A stretch of 63,432 nucleotides of DNA, the filler included, from Pirum gemmata (lineage: Eukaryota), in the NCBI GenBank assembly GCA_002812295.1. It is 25 parts of 25 records of this genome, joined end to end, with 100 filler letters (N's around TTAATTAATTAA, not from the genome) between each part and the next. Parts side by side here need not be neighbours in the genome. Positions count along the whole stretch, not along the records: positions 36,560 to 38,885 come from PDIN01006888.1; positions 38,986 to 41,340 come from PDIN01006889.1; positions 41,441 to 43,744 come from PDIN01006890.1; positions 43,845 to 48,354 come from PDIN01006891.1; 21 more parts are not named here. One strand, 5' to 3'. Below the pieces are notes generated by a model. That model saw nothing but the letters and a program-made list of their open reading frames with translations. It was not told where the DNA came from and did no database searches. Made by a program: the position numbers and the translations under genes. Shown here piece by piece: positions 36,679 through 48,354 of this stretch. Within the stretch, counting starts at the first letter, position 1, and the number at the start of each line of letters is the position of its first letter.

Positions 36679-37750
36679 GAACGATATATGTCTCGCATAG
36701 TACAATATTTGCATGACGGGGCCATATCTTCTTCTAAAATTCCACAACTTTTAGATTTAGTTAGAACTTATTTTCCTGATTTGTTTGTTGATGGTCGTGA
36801 AATGCAGGGCATGGAGCGGTCAAATGAGTATACTCAATATATAGAGAAGGTTAATTTAGAACATCAATTATTTCTTACAAAAAATACTTTTATTAAAAAA
36901 AACGAAAAAGTATGGGTTTTTGCTTCTTATTTTGATGGCGATAGTAATAGTGATGATGATGGTGGTGGTGGTGGTGTCGAAGGTAAATGGTCAATTATTC
37001 AATTTGGTGGAAATGGTGGTATGGAGAAAATGACAGGTATAGTTAAAGAAAGTGCTTCTGAAGAAAATGCGTTTTGTCCGTTGGTACAATTTGATTATGA
37101 TGGTGATCAGCAATATATTGATGTTCGTCATTTAAATTTTGTGGACGTGAAAAAACAGGTTAACTATAACACACACAAAAAGATTGCCAAAATTAAATTT
37201 CAACCCAACTTCCTTTTCACCAAAACTACCGAAGAGGCTGCGAAGGAAATAATAAAATTTTGTAAGGCCAAAAAAAATGACCACACTTTTTTTTCTTGTT
37301 TACAAAATAAAGTTTTATCTATTTTGTTTCCGTCGCCCTTCTTATGGAGCTACCAAGACACTCAATTATTAAAAAACAAACAAGAGTCGATATTGTTGAT
37401 AAAACAAGAGTTGGCATGCGCAACAATAACTTTGGCCCGGAATGATGTCATCGAAAATATACGCCAATATCATAATGATTCAGAAAGTACCGTGCGAAAA
37501 ACAGAAGGGTTGATAATAGACCGACGTAATCAATTTCTTATGGCAACGCCAGATGGGTACTCTATCGGTAACGATGACGTAATGTTAATAAGTGTAGAGG
37601 GTGAGGGTACCCAGACTTTACAAACACAATGGGGAAAATGCCAGATGCAAATGTTAGTAGCTAATAAAGAGAACTTGAGTTTCTTAGGAAAAAATGTAAA
37701 GGACTATATCATTTCGGTTAAAAATACAAATATACAAAATCCTGAAAAAG
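36679..37750 (+). CDS. Large internal exon with a YqaJ/lambda-exonuclease-like motif
   Basis: TTTCAG acceptor and AG/GTAAAT donor. GLIIDRRNQFLMATPDG and GKCQMQM resemble YqaJ G..HP..WLGASPDG and QxQxQ motifs; the ExK motif is not evident. Confidence 0.55.
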
Positions 37751-38056
37751 GTAAATATATTTATTGTTATTGTGATGGTGATGGTGATGGTGATGGTGAT
37801 GGTGATGGTGATGGTGATGGTAATGGTAATGGTGATTATGATTATGATTATGATTGTGATTGTGATTGTGATTGTGATTGTGATTGTGATTTTGATTATT
37901 ATTATTATTATTATTGTTGTTGTTGTGGTTGGGGTTGGGGTTGGGGTTGTTATTGCTACTGTTTTTATTATCGTTTTCTGGTTCGTTTTTTTATTTGGTT
38001 TTTTTTTATTTGTTACTGTTATTGTTACTGTTATTGTTATTGTTATTTGTTGTTAA

Positions 38057-38097
<41 letters not shown>

Positions 38098-38179
38098 GGC
38101 TAGCTAGCTAGTCTACGCTCTATTTTTTTTATCATAAAACTATCATACTATGATATCGATACTAGCTAGTAACTAGCTA

Positions 38180-38321
38180 GGGAACGTTCAAATACTACGT
38201 AACGTCAACTTCCGGTCAAATACAGCTTCAAATACCCCTATCTACCTACCCCTGGACGTTAATCTCCGGTCAAATACCTACCTACCTACCCCTTGACGTG
38301 ACGTATTATTTGAACGCTCCC
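38180..38321. mobile_element. Harbinger-like MITE family D
   Basis: TIR GGGAACGTTCAAATACTACGT / ACGTATTATTTGAACGCTCCC with internal CCTA repeats. Related copies at about 11711-11815 and 55002-55136 (inverted). Confidence 0.8.
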
Positions 38322-39006
38322 TAACTTGACTGACTGATGGTTAACTTGAATTTTAATTATAGTTTAGCGCTTTTCATTTATTTTGTCACTCCGAATATTT
38401 ATTTGGTTGGCTGTAATTTTTTAACTGACATTTTTAAATGAATAAATGGATAATAAAATATACCAAATTAAATGAAATGGATTTATATTGTATTAATTTG
38501 ATACTCTTTATTGTATATTTTATGATGACAAAACAACATNNNNNNNNNNNNNNNNNNNNNNNNNNNNNNNNNNNNNNNNNNNNNNNNNNNNNNNNNNNNN
38601 NNNNNNNNNNNNNNNNNNNNNNNNNNNNNNNNNNNNNNNNNNNNNNTTTTTTTTTTTTTTTTTTTTTTTTTTTTTGTGGACTAGCTAGTAGCTAGCTAGC
38701 TAGCTAGTAGAGTGTCAGAGTAGAGCTTGTGATCTACCTAGCTAGCTAGCTATCATATCATTACTATAATTGATAGCTAGCTAGAGCTCTAGCTATAGCT
38801 AGCTACTAGAACTGCTACTAGGTAGGTCTAGACTAGAAAGTGAAAATTCGGAGATACGGGAAAACATAATCGAATCAAACAGCTCNNNNNNNNNNNNNNN
38901 NNNNNNNNNNNNNNNNNNNNNNNNNNNNNTTAATTAATTAANNNNNNNNNNNNNNNNNNNNNNNNNNNNNNNNNNNNNNNNNNNNCTTATTATTCTTATT
39001 ATTATT

Positions 39007-39048
<42 letters not shown>

Positions 39049-39294
39049 ATTGTTGTTGTTTTGTTGTTGTTGTTGTATTATTATTTGTTGTCTTATTCTT
39101 TTTATTATTATTATTATTATTGTTGTTGTTATTTTTATTGTTGTTGTTGCTGCTTGTTGTATTATTTGTTTTTTGCTGCTGTATTATTGTTCATGTATTC
39201 TTATTGACAATGAACAAATTTGATGAAAATTCCAATTTAACGTTTTTAGATGTTGTAGAATGATTTTTTTATTAAAATATTACTTATATATTAG

Positions 39295-40079
39295 CGAAAG
39301 ATGGTATTGGGTTTGGGATGTTCTTTTCAACATACGAAATTATCGGACATACCTTACATAAATATGTTGAACAGCATGAATCATTTTCAGAAAAAAGGTG
39401 ATCATTTCTGAATCAAACGCAAATCTAAATCTCACTTTATCATTAGACACTTTACTATTAAATAACCCAACCCTCGTTATGTTATACCTGTACCTTACTG
39501 TAAAGTATGACTATTTAGATTTATCTCTGCATTTATCTCTGCATCTTTCTGTCTGAAAATATCATGTTGTACTTTTAAACCCTTAAATTATTGATACATT
39601 AACATTGATTGTCCATTCATTAATGTATTAGGGTTGGCCATGCTTTAAGTGCAGTAGCAGCAGGTGGTAGTGCGGGAATGGCATACCAAACGTTTTCCTA
39701 CCCTGTTCATAGATTAAAGTATATCATGTACCATAGTCAAGGTGCTGCACATGATAGTGTTTCTTCTTGTATTAGTAGTTTGTACAAAACAAAAAGCTTG
39801 GGACTTTTAACACAAAGTATGTTCATAAATTGTAATATTTGTATATACGTGTATTCATTTATTTCTGTTTTGGTGCTTCTTGTCTTTACTTTGCATTACT
39901 CCTTGATTTCAATTGTAATAAGTGATTGTTTAAAAGTTTATTTTAATTTTTATTTTTCTAATTATCATTTTTGTTGTTTAGACATGCATAAGAGTACAAT
40001 GCAGGCCTTTCTTCCCTCCGCTTTCGCATTTCTTGCTTTTGAACTGATTCAAAATAATAATTACAGCTCTTTAGTTTAA
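39295..40079 (+). CDS. Mitochondrial carrier (SLC25) family, last three exons (39295-39397, 39632-39816, 39982-40079)
   Basis: Spliced KDGIGFGMFFSTYE..|..AAGGSAGMAYQTFSYPVHRLK..|..QAFLPSAFAFLAFE..*; carrier helix motifs and consistent phases. Confidence 0.85.
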
Positions 40080-42307
40080 CTATCTTTTTAAACTTTTAAA
40101 AGCTTGCTTTAAAAAAAAAGACCTCCGTTCCCCGTTAAATCTTTGTATATTAATAAGACTGATTTTTCAGTCAACCCTAGTTAAGAAGGGTATCAATTGG
40201 AAAATGTGAATTCGCAATGTGCGCAATATATTCGATTGTAATGTGATCAGCCAGCCCCTTCTTTCTCGTTAAATCGGGATTTAATTTAACGCTATATTTT
40301 CATTGCAGGTTTTTGTTTTTGTTTTTGTGTTTGTGTTTGTTTTGTTTTGTTTTGTTTGTTTCTGCCTTTTGTTTTCTTAACCATCCTTGCTCAACCTTAC
40401 TTACCCTGCAAAGCAAAAACAAAACAAACCCCTGTGATTTTGTTTTCTGCAACAAACGAACAAACGAAAGAATGAACCAACGAACGAACGAAACAAACAA
40501 ACAAACAAACAGGTACTTGTCGAAAAGCTATTGTGTGTGTGATATCTATCATAACAAAACAGACTATCTTAACTGATATGAAGATTCTTTTATTTTTTAA
40601 TATTTGCATAGTTACATTTTCTCATATATATAAGGAAACTTTATCATTCCCTATGTTGTTGAGTTATCGTCGTAATCTAACATGACCTGTATATTTTGTT
40701 AGATAGGTTAAACTGACTTTTCGTCAGATAAAATGAATGTGAAACTAAAAACATTGCCGAAAGAAGCTGAGAGTTTCCGTTTGAAAAATCAAAACAAAAA
40801 CCATTTAATAAACCCGTGGCTTCTTTTAAGCGAGGATTTATTTACAATATACACAAAATTCATTTGTTCTGATCCTAATCCTTCTGTGCTCCATTGATCA
40901 CGTTTCAACAAAGAATAAATGAGTTAAGGCACATACATACATCAATATATACATATTATTATTATTATTATTAATTATTTAAAAGTAAAAAGTGAATTTT
41001 ATTGAGCTTTTTTTCATTATTATTAGACTACATAAATTTTCTATAATATAATACTATCGACATTTTACACCCATTTGTAAGTAGGTCTATTACGTTTTTC
41101 TTTCGGTTACAAATATTTATCTCCAAAAGCAATATATATAAATATAGTTGACGTGCTAGCACTAGTTTCCAGAAAGGGAATGAAAAAGAAAAAAAAAAGG
41201 CTAATTTACAGGATTTACAAATGCGCCGAATTTTTCACTTAATTTAATAGAATACTGATAAGTTTAAAAGTATAAAAGGCAGAAATAGAATTGAACTTTT
41301 GAATAAAATTTAGAAGCTTCTAAATTTTATTCAAAAGTTCNNNNNNNNNNNNNNNNNNNNNNNNNNNNNNNNNNNNNNNNNNNNTTAATTAATTAANNNN
41401 NNNNNNNNNNNNNNNNNNNNNNNNNNNNNNNNNNNNNNNNGGGTTAGGGTTAGGGTTAGGGTTAGGGTTAGGGTTATTGGGGTTAGGGTTAGGGTTAGGG
41501 TTTTAGGGTTAGAGGATGGTGTTTAAAAAATATAATAGACTAATAAATAAATAAAAAAGATTACAGCCATATGACTGTTAAAAAACCCACAAAAATTTTG
41601 TACCAATATAATAACTATTTGAAACAATTAGGGATCATTCATTTATTATGTTATTTTATTTTTGATTAAATTTTCATTTAACCAAAACAATAAAAGATGT
41701 TTACATTTTAAACATTGAAACAACTATATATAATATTAATTTAATTGTGCCCCTTTAATATTTAAATTGGTAGGTTTTAATTTATTATTTAATTATTGTG
41801 CATCTTTAATTAATATTTAAATTGGTAGGTTTTATGATAATCTATATTATTTTGTTATTAAAAAAGTCAAATTCAATAATATTATGATTATGATTATGAT
41901 TATGATTATGATTATGATTATGATTATGATTATGATTATGACTATGATTAGAGCCAGAGCCAGAGCCAGCATAATGTGCATAATGTTCTAAAACTGTGCT
42001 GCTGTTATTGAAAAAGTGGATCAATCGTGAGCTGGCCAAATGGTTTACAACTTCTGCTATTAAAAATGAAATACACTTTAGGAAGCAATACGAAGACCGT
42101 TTATTGCATCTGTTTATTGACTGAAAATTCTCAAAATAACTTTCTATTTCCTTTTTATCATAATATATTCATATAGTCAATTTCAAGAGGAGCAGGTTCA
42201 ACATATTCTGCCACATTAGTACAGTCATTTTCAGGAACACATTCGTTTACATTTTCATAATTAGTTGTGGTAATCCCAATAGCAAGTTCATCTGTACAAC
42301 ATTCCAA

Positions 42308-43485
42308 TTAATTTTCATGAAAAGGGCTTTCATAATTATTTGTAGCATTAATCCCAAGTCCATTCTTATCCAGTGTCTTATCATCTTCTTCGTTACATTC
42401 AGCATAATGTAATTCAGTGTTATCTTCTTGGTTAGAGTAACTATTTTTGAAATCCATATATTCCATCACATTCTGCGGTTCTACATTATTCTTTTTAGCA
42501 TCTTCGTTCAAAACAAACTCCGAAGGACTTTGACCAAATAACATATCCTTTTGTCTTTTTTTGTACTTCATAACAATACAAACTATAACAAGTACAACTA
42601 CAAGCAACCCCCCTACCACAGAGCACACAATAATTATAATCATATTCTTATTATTTCCTTTGCTATGAGGGGCAGCGCCACGGAGAATACAAGATTGATG
42701 TTTGGAATTTATAAACGTGATTAGATCCATTTTACTTTGATTTTTTGTACATTGATTTAGTTTAATTGATAAACGAGGATCCTGTTGGTGTACCGATTGT
42801 AATTCTTGAATATTCTCACAACATCCTATATTGTTGTTTGTTAAATCTAAAGAAGTTAACATTGGCAGTTTTGAGCTTGTATTATTCAAATTATCAACTA
42901 TCGCTATAGAATTATTATTTAGATACAGCATTTGTAATGTGTTTGAAAATTTTTTAAAAGACATGCTATCAAAGTTAGTTAAATGGTTATTTTGCAAATA
43001 TATAGCCTTTAATTTAGGAGGTGTAATGATGTTTGTAGTGTCTCTTTTTCTGTTTATACGACTAGAGTCTTCTTGGAACAAAATCTCAAAATCATCCACG
43101 TTGCTGAGCTTATTATAGGATAAATCCAGAATTTGCAATTTTTTCATTTTACTAAATAAACCTGGCACGAACTTATTAAAGTTACTACTAGTCAAATTTA
43201 TAGTATCACAATTTTCAACAAAATTATATCGACTGGCTTTGTAGTTTTGCCATATACCATTTGTGATATTAAATGCAAAAGAATTGCATCTTGCTTGATC
43301 ATCAATGAGCAGCAAAGCATCATCAGGCAAATCGTCAAATATACCACGAGGAAGAGATTTTATTTTATTTTTCGTCAAATCCAATTTTTTTAATCGACGC
43401 ATATCTTTAAATGTTTCCGGATGAATTGTAGAAATATTGTAGTTTGACAAGTCTATAGACTCGCAACTGGTCAAATAACGGTAAT
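42308..43485 (-). CDS. LRR single-pass membrane protein, last exon
   Basis: LxxLxLxxN repeats, TM segment IIIIVCSVVGGLLVVVLVIVCIVM followed by KYKKR, and a Tyr-containing acidic tail. Acceptor AG at 43486-43487, so the first 38 or so codons of the track ORF are intronic. Confidence 0.88.
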
Positions 43486-43844
43486 CTATGTATATAAGAA
43501 CGGTATTGGAATGGTATTGGAACGGTAAATAAAGTGTGTTATTGTACCAAAATAAAAAATAAATAAAATAAAATAGAAATAGAAATAGAAGTAAAGTCAA
43601 AAAAACATTAAATTGAAATTATATTATGAGAAAACAGTAAAATCGAGAAACAGTAAAATCAGTAAAATCAAGAAAACTCTAAAATCGCGAAAACAGTAAA
43701 ACGAGAAAACAGTAAAATCGATATTAATAATATTATTATTATTANNNNNNNNNNNNNNNNNNNNNNNNNNNNNNNNNNNNNNNNNNNNTTAATTAATTAA
43801 NNNNNNNNNNNNNNNNNNNNNNNNNNNNNNNNNNNNNNNNNNNN

Positions 43845-43877
<33 letters not shown>

Positions 43878-43880
<3 letters not shown>

Positions 43881-44430
43881 CTAACCATTTATTTTATATA
43901 ATTCTAACCTAAATTAATATTTTACAGTAAAACAACCGTTTATTTAATTAAATTCTACCCGAAATTATCATTTTTACAGTTCGGATTTTAGCATTTGTAA
44001 AGTAACCCTATTTCTTTTTTTTTAATTAATTAAAAAAAAAATCTACCTGAAAATAACACTTGAAATAGCTATTAACTGTAAACTAACCATTTATTTTATT
44101 TAATTCTACCCTAAATTATTATTTTACAGCAAAACAACCATTTACTTAATTAAATTCTACCCTAAATTATCATTTTTACTATTCTAAAACCGGATTTTAG
44201 CATTTGTAAAGTAGCCATACTTTTTTTTTAATTAAAGAAAAAAAACAACCCGAAAATAACATTTTACATAATTATTAACTGTAAACTAACCATTTATTTA
44301 TTTAATTCTACCCTAAAGTACTGTTTTACAGCAAAGCAACCATTTATTTAATTAAATTCTAACCGAAATTATTATTTTTACAGTTCTAAACCCGGATTTT
44401 AGCATTTAATTTTGTAAAGTAACCATACTC
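43878..44430. repeat. Tandem repeat of about 200 bp, three copies
   Basis: AAACTAACCATTT..TTCTACCC.AAATTAT..CGGATTTTAGCATTT recurs at about 43878, 44080 and 44283. Confidence 0.85.
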
Positions 44431-44703
44431 CTTTTTTTTTATAATAATTATTATTATTATTATTATTTTTTTTTGGATATGATATGGTTATGGTATGGTT
44501 AGAAAAAAACAGAAACAAAATTGATATGAAAAAATTAAAATTATTAAATAATGATAATGATAATGAAAATGATAATGATAATGATAATGATAATGTAAGA
44601 ACGTTTTTTTTAAATAAAAATAAATTGTAACACCGTCACCACGATCGGCGCTTTGACACCAAGTGGTACATGATTGGGTGAGCAATGCCATCATCATCAT
44701 CAG

Positions 44704-44773
<70 letters not shown>

Positions 44774-45352
44774 NNNTATTATTATTATTATTATTATTAT
44801 TGTTATTGTTATCATTATTGTTATCATTATCATTATTACTATTATTACTATTATTATTATTAACTATTATTATTATTATTATTATTATTATTTATTATTA
44901 TTATTATTATAACTAATATTATGATCATTTATTATTATTATTTAGTATCATGTTATTTACCATTATTCTTTTTCTTATATTATTATTTATTATTATTAAG
45001 ATCAACAACAAGCAACAAGCAACAAAAACAATATCCACAGCAACAAAACAACAATAACAATAACCACAATAACAATAACCACCACTGCAACAGACCAGCA
45101 ACAAGGGCAATAACAACAACAACCAACAACCGACAACCGGCAACCGGCAACCAACACCCATTAACAAACAACCAACCANNNNNNNNNNNNNNNNNNNNNN
45201 NNNNNNNNNNNNNNNNNNNNNNNNNNNNNNNNNNNNNNNNNNNCCTCCAACCCCCCTCCATTTATATCAATTCAAGAATTTCAATTATATATTGATGTGT
45301 GATACACTTGTGATACTATGATGGTATAAATATTAAAGATCGCTTTATATTA

Positions 45353-46627
45353 TTAACAAACGTCTTCCTCGTCCTCATCTACTAAATCATTTTCAACAAC
45401 AATAATATTATCTCGGGACGAAGAAAGTTCTTCATTATTCTGTGAAATGTATTTGAGTTTTAAATTCTTACTACTATTAAATCCAGCCATATTATCTTGG
45501 TTCAAAGTGCTTATGTCTCCGTCACTTCCAGAATGAGAGAGATTTGTTACAGCAGTGTATTCATTGGCATCGTTTGTCGTTGATGGGTTTTTTCCTAAGC
45601 TTGGAGTAATATCCATGTATACAACATTACCATTAACAACTCCTGTTGTTGGAGTAATGTAATCATCTCTGTTAGTTTTTTCAAAAGATTCGTCACTATT
45701 TTGATTGAGGTTTACAAAGTTTGACTGGCTCATATATTTCACATCATTGCCTACCTCAAGGGCTGCTGCTGCATAACCACCTTTCTTGTCGTACGCTACT
45801 TCATCATATAAATCTTTCTTCAATTCCTTATTAACATCGGGTATAGGGGCTTCTACTCTGTTCAAATATTCGTTATCACTTTCGAGTAGTATTTCGCCAT
45901 TATCTAGTTTTTCTTTCTGTAAAAATTTTGTGATATTTTCTTGACTCATTTCATCGAACTTACCCTTCTTTTTATTTCTTATATAATAATAAAAGGCTAA
46001 ACCACCCGCTGCAGATAGAGCTAACACACCACCCAACACCGCAGCTAAAATGATATACCACTCCACACCACCTGTTGTGACCTCTGTGGCAACACAAGTT
46101 CCATTTCCGGTTATCGTATTAAAATACGGTACCATATTATCGATACATTGATCACATTCACATCTTTCTGAATTTGTAGCATTTATACAAAATTCAATTT
46201 CTGGACAAATACGTTCACACTTTGAAATCTGTCGTTGTTGAGCTGCATCAAAACCATGTGGTGTACACTTCAGTCCTTCAGCACAGCAGTCATTTTCTTT
46301 ATTGAATATTGAGTATTGATCACATTCCTCGAAAATATCGGCAACACCGGTGCACGTTGCTTCACAAAAGGATTTCCCTTTAATTTCTGAACTGCTTGTG
46401 CATACATGGCCTGCAGTACAGCATGTACTTCCTTCTAAACACTCCTGTCCTGGTTGTATCATAGTATTCTCATCGCATTCTATACATTGTGCATAGTCAG
46501 ATGTTAACCACCGACATGCAAATCCTTCGTCTTTGCAACAATTGACATCATGTGATTGCAGCCATTTGGGATATTTTGAATTACATTGCTCTATGAAATT
46601 TAGACAATTTTAAATAATAATTAGTCA

Positions 46628-46661
<34 letters not shown>

Positions 46662-47425
46662 TTTTTTTATTTTTTTTTTTTTTTTTTTTTTAATCAAATT
46701 GGTGTTTTTAATAATTTTTTAAAATACAATTGGTGTTTTTAATAATTTTTTAAAATACAATAATTATTATACCATAATTATTCAATTTTGATTCATAAAA
46801 TGCGGCAATATTATAATACTAAAAACAGTTCTAAAAAAATATTATTACCATACTTAAGATTCCTGCACATTCCTTGTTCTACATCGATACATTGGTGGTC
46901 ATCAGCGTTAGTATTGCATTCTTGGCCGTAAGAACATTTACAACTATCTTCTCCAACTCCTTCTTGTGTGGGGTTATTACATGTAAAAGGTTTTCCTGAT
47001 GTACTATTGCATATTTGCATCTTACATTCTTGGTAGTAACCATCACCAACACACTCCAAACCTACATAATTAAAATTAAAAGTAAAATTAATTATTTTTC
47101 GTTTTTAATTAATAAATGAATTTTTAACGATCTACAGAAATAATTAATGCATAGGAAAAAACTCTTAATTAATTAAAAGTTTTGGAAAGGTTTTATAACC
47201 TTTGTTACAAAAATTACAAAAAAAATATTTATTGAATTTTGAAAATAAACAATGCCAACTAATCTTAGTACCTACACCACAGCAATCATACATAATGTTA
47301 GGTGATTGTACCGGTTCCGAACCACCGCACCTATCACCAATCGTATTTCCGCAAGGCGAAGCACTAGAAATTGTGCTGATTGTCATAACTAAAAACAAAA
47401 CTAGAGTATTATATGTGCCCATCAT
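45353..47425 (-). CDS. Type I membrane receptor-like protein, 534 aa, CBM1-like Cys-rich ectodomain (exons 47425-47272, 47061-46849, 46590-45353)
   Basis: GT-AG introns give a 1605-nt open frame. Signal peptide; modules RCGG..CCGVGLEC..YYQEC and YEQC..CC..C..DYAQC; TM WYIILAAVLGGVLALSAAGGLAFYYY followed by IRNKKK; long Tyr-motif tail. Confidence 0.85.
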
Positions 47426-47941
47426 TTTTGTACTTAATAATAATAATAACATTAATATAATAACGATAATAAATGAAACTAATAACTTATGATAATATTA
47501 CAATAAATAATAATAATAATAATANNNNNNNNNNATTTCATTACAGTTGTTCTCTCAATCATTAATTTGGTACTGTTTAAGTGTATAATTGAACTTGTTT
47601 ATAAAATACAACATTAAGTATAAAGTACCAAATTAATTATAAGATGCCTGATAGTTTAACCATAATATTAATAATTGGTACGTTTATTTCAGTTTTTGAA
47701 CTGGACAACACTATTGAAAAACACGATATGCCGCTTTACTAATTAAAATCATGATATTTTTTTGTGAAAACGTAACTTGTAAATCCGCAAAATAGTCAAA
47801 TTTTAATAATAAAAAAAAACAACACAAATTGTAAGTGTTTTTTAAAAAAAACATACTTTATTAGTTAAAATAGTCACTTTGTTGTTTATTATGGTTCAAA
47901 ATAGCATTGTTGACAAAACATACTTATTAATGTTAAAATAG

Positions 47942-48100
47942 AGTAGGGGTGAGATATCTACTGGAACTTTTTTCGTAAATATAATTATAGTAGATACCAA
48001 TTAAAGTAATAATATTAACATTAATAGTAATAAAAACATTAAATCGGAAAAGTTTCGGCAGCTGTTCGGTAATAATAAATGACGTCATCTCACCCCTACT
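47942..48100. mobile_element. MITE family E with 8-bp TSD (TAAAATAG)
   Basis: Perfect TIR AGTAGGGGTGAGAT / ATCTCACCCCTACT; TAAAATAG at 47934-47941 and 48101-48108. Confidence 0.9.
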
Positions 48101-48323
48101 TAAAATAGTCACTTTGTTGTTTATTATGGTTCAAAATAGCATTGTTGATATTTTTGTGTGAGGGGGGTAAAACAAGCAAGGCGTAGTTACCGTAGCTAGA
48201 GTGATAGGGTTAGGGTTAGGGTTAGGGTTAGTATTATTATTATCATTATTATCATCATTATTATTACTATTACTGTTATTAGTATTTTTATTATTGTTTT
48301 TGTTGCAATTATTATTATTGTTA

Positions 48324-48354
<31 letters not shown>

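Noticed and set aside
41293..41340. Perfect 48-bp palindrome centred on AAGCTT
   Set aside because: It sits exactly at a contig end, typical of fold-back or assembly artefacts; cannot be supported without reads.
42308..42310. Possible TAA codon reassignment
   Set aside because: TAA ends AMT1 at its conserved C-terminus and also ends the SLC25 gene, so the standard code fits.
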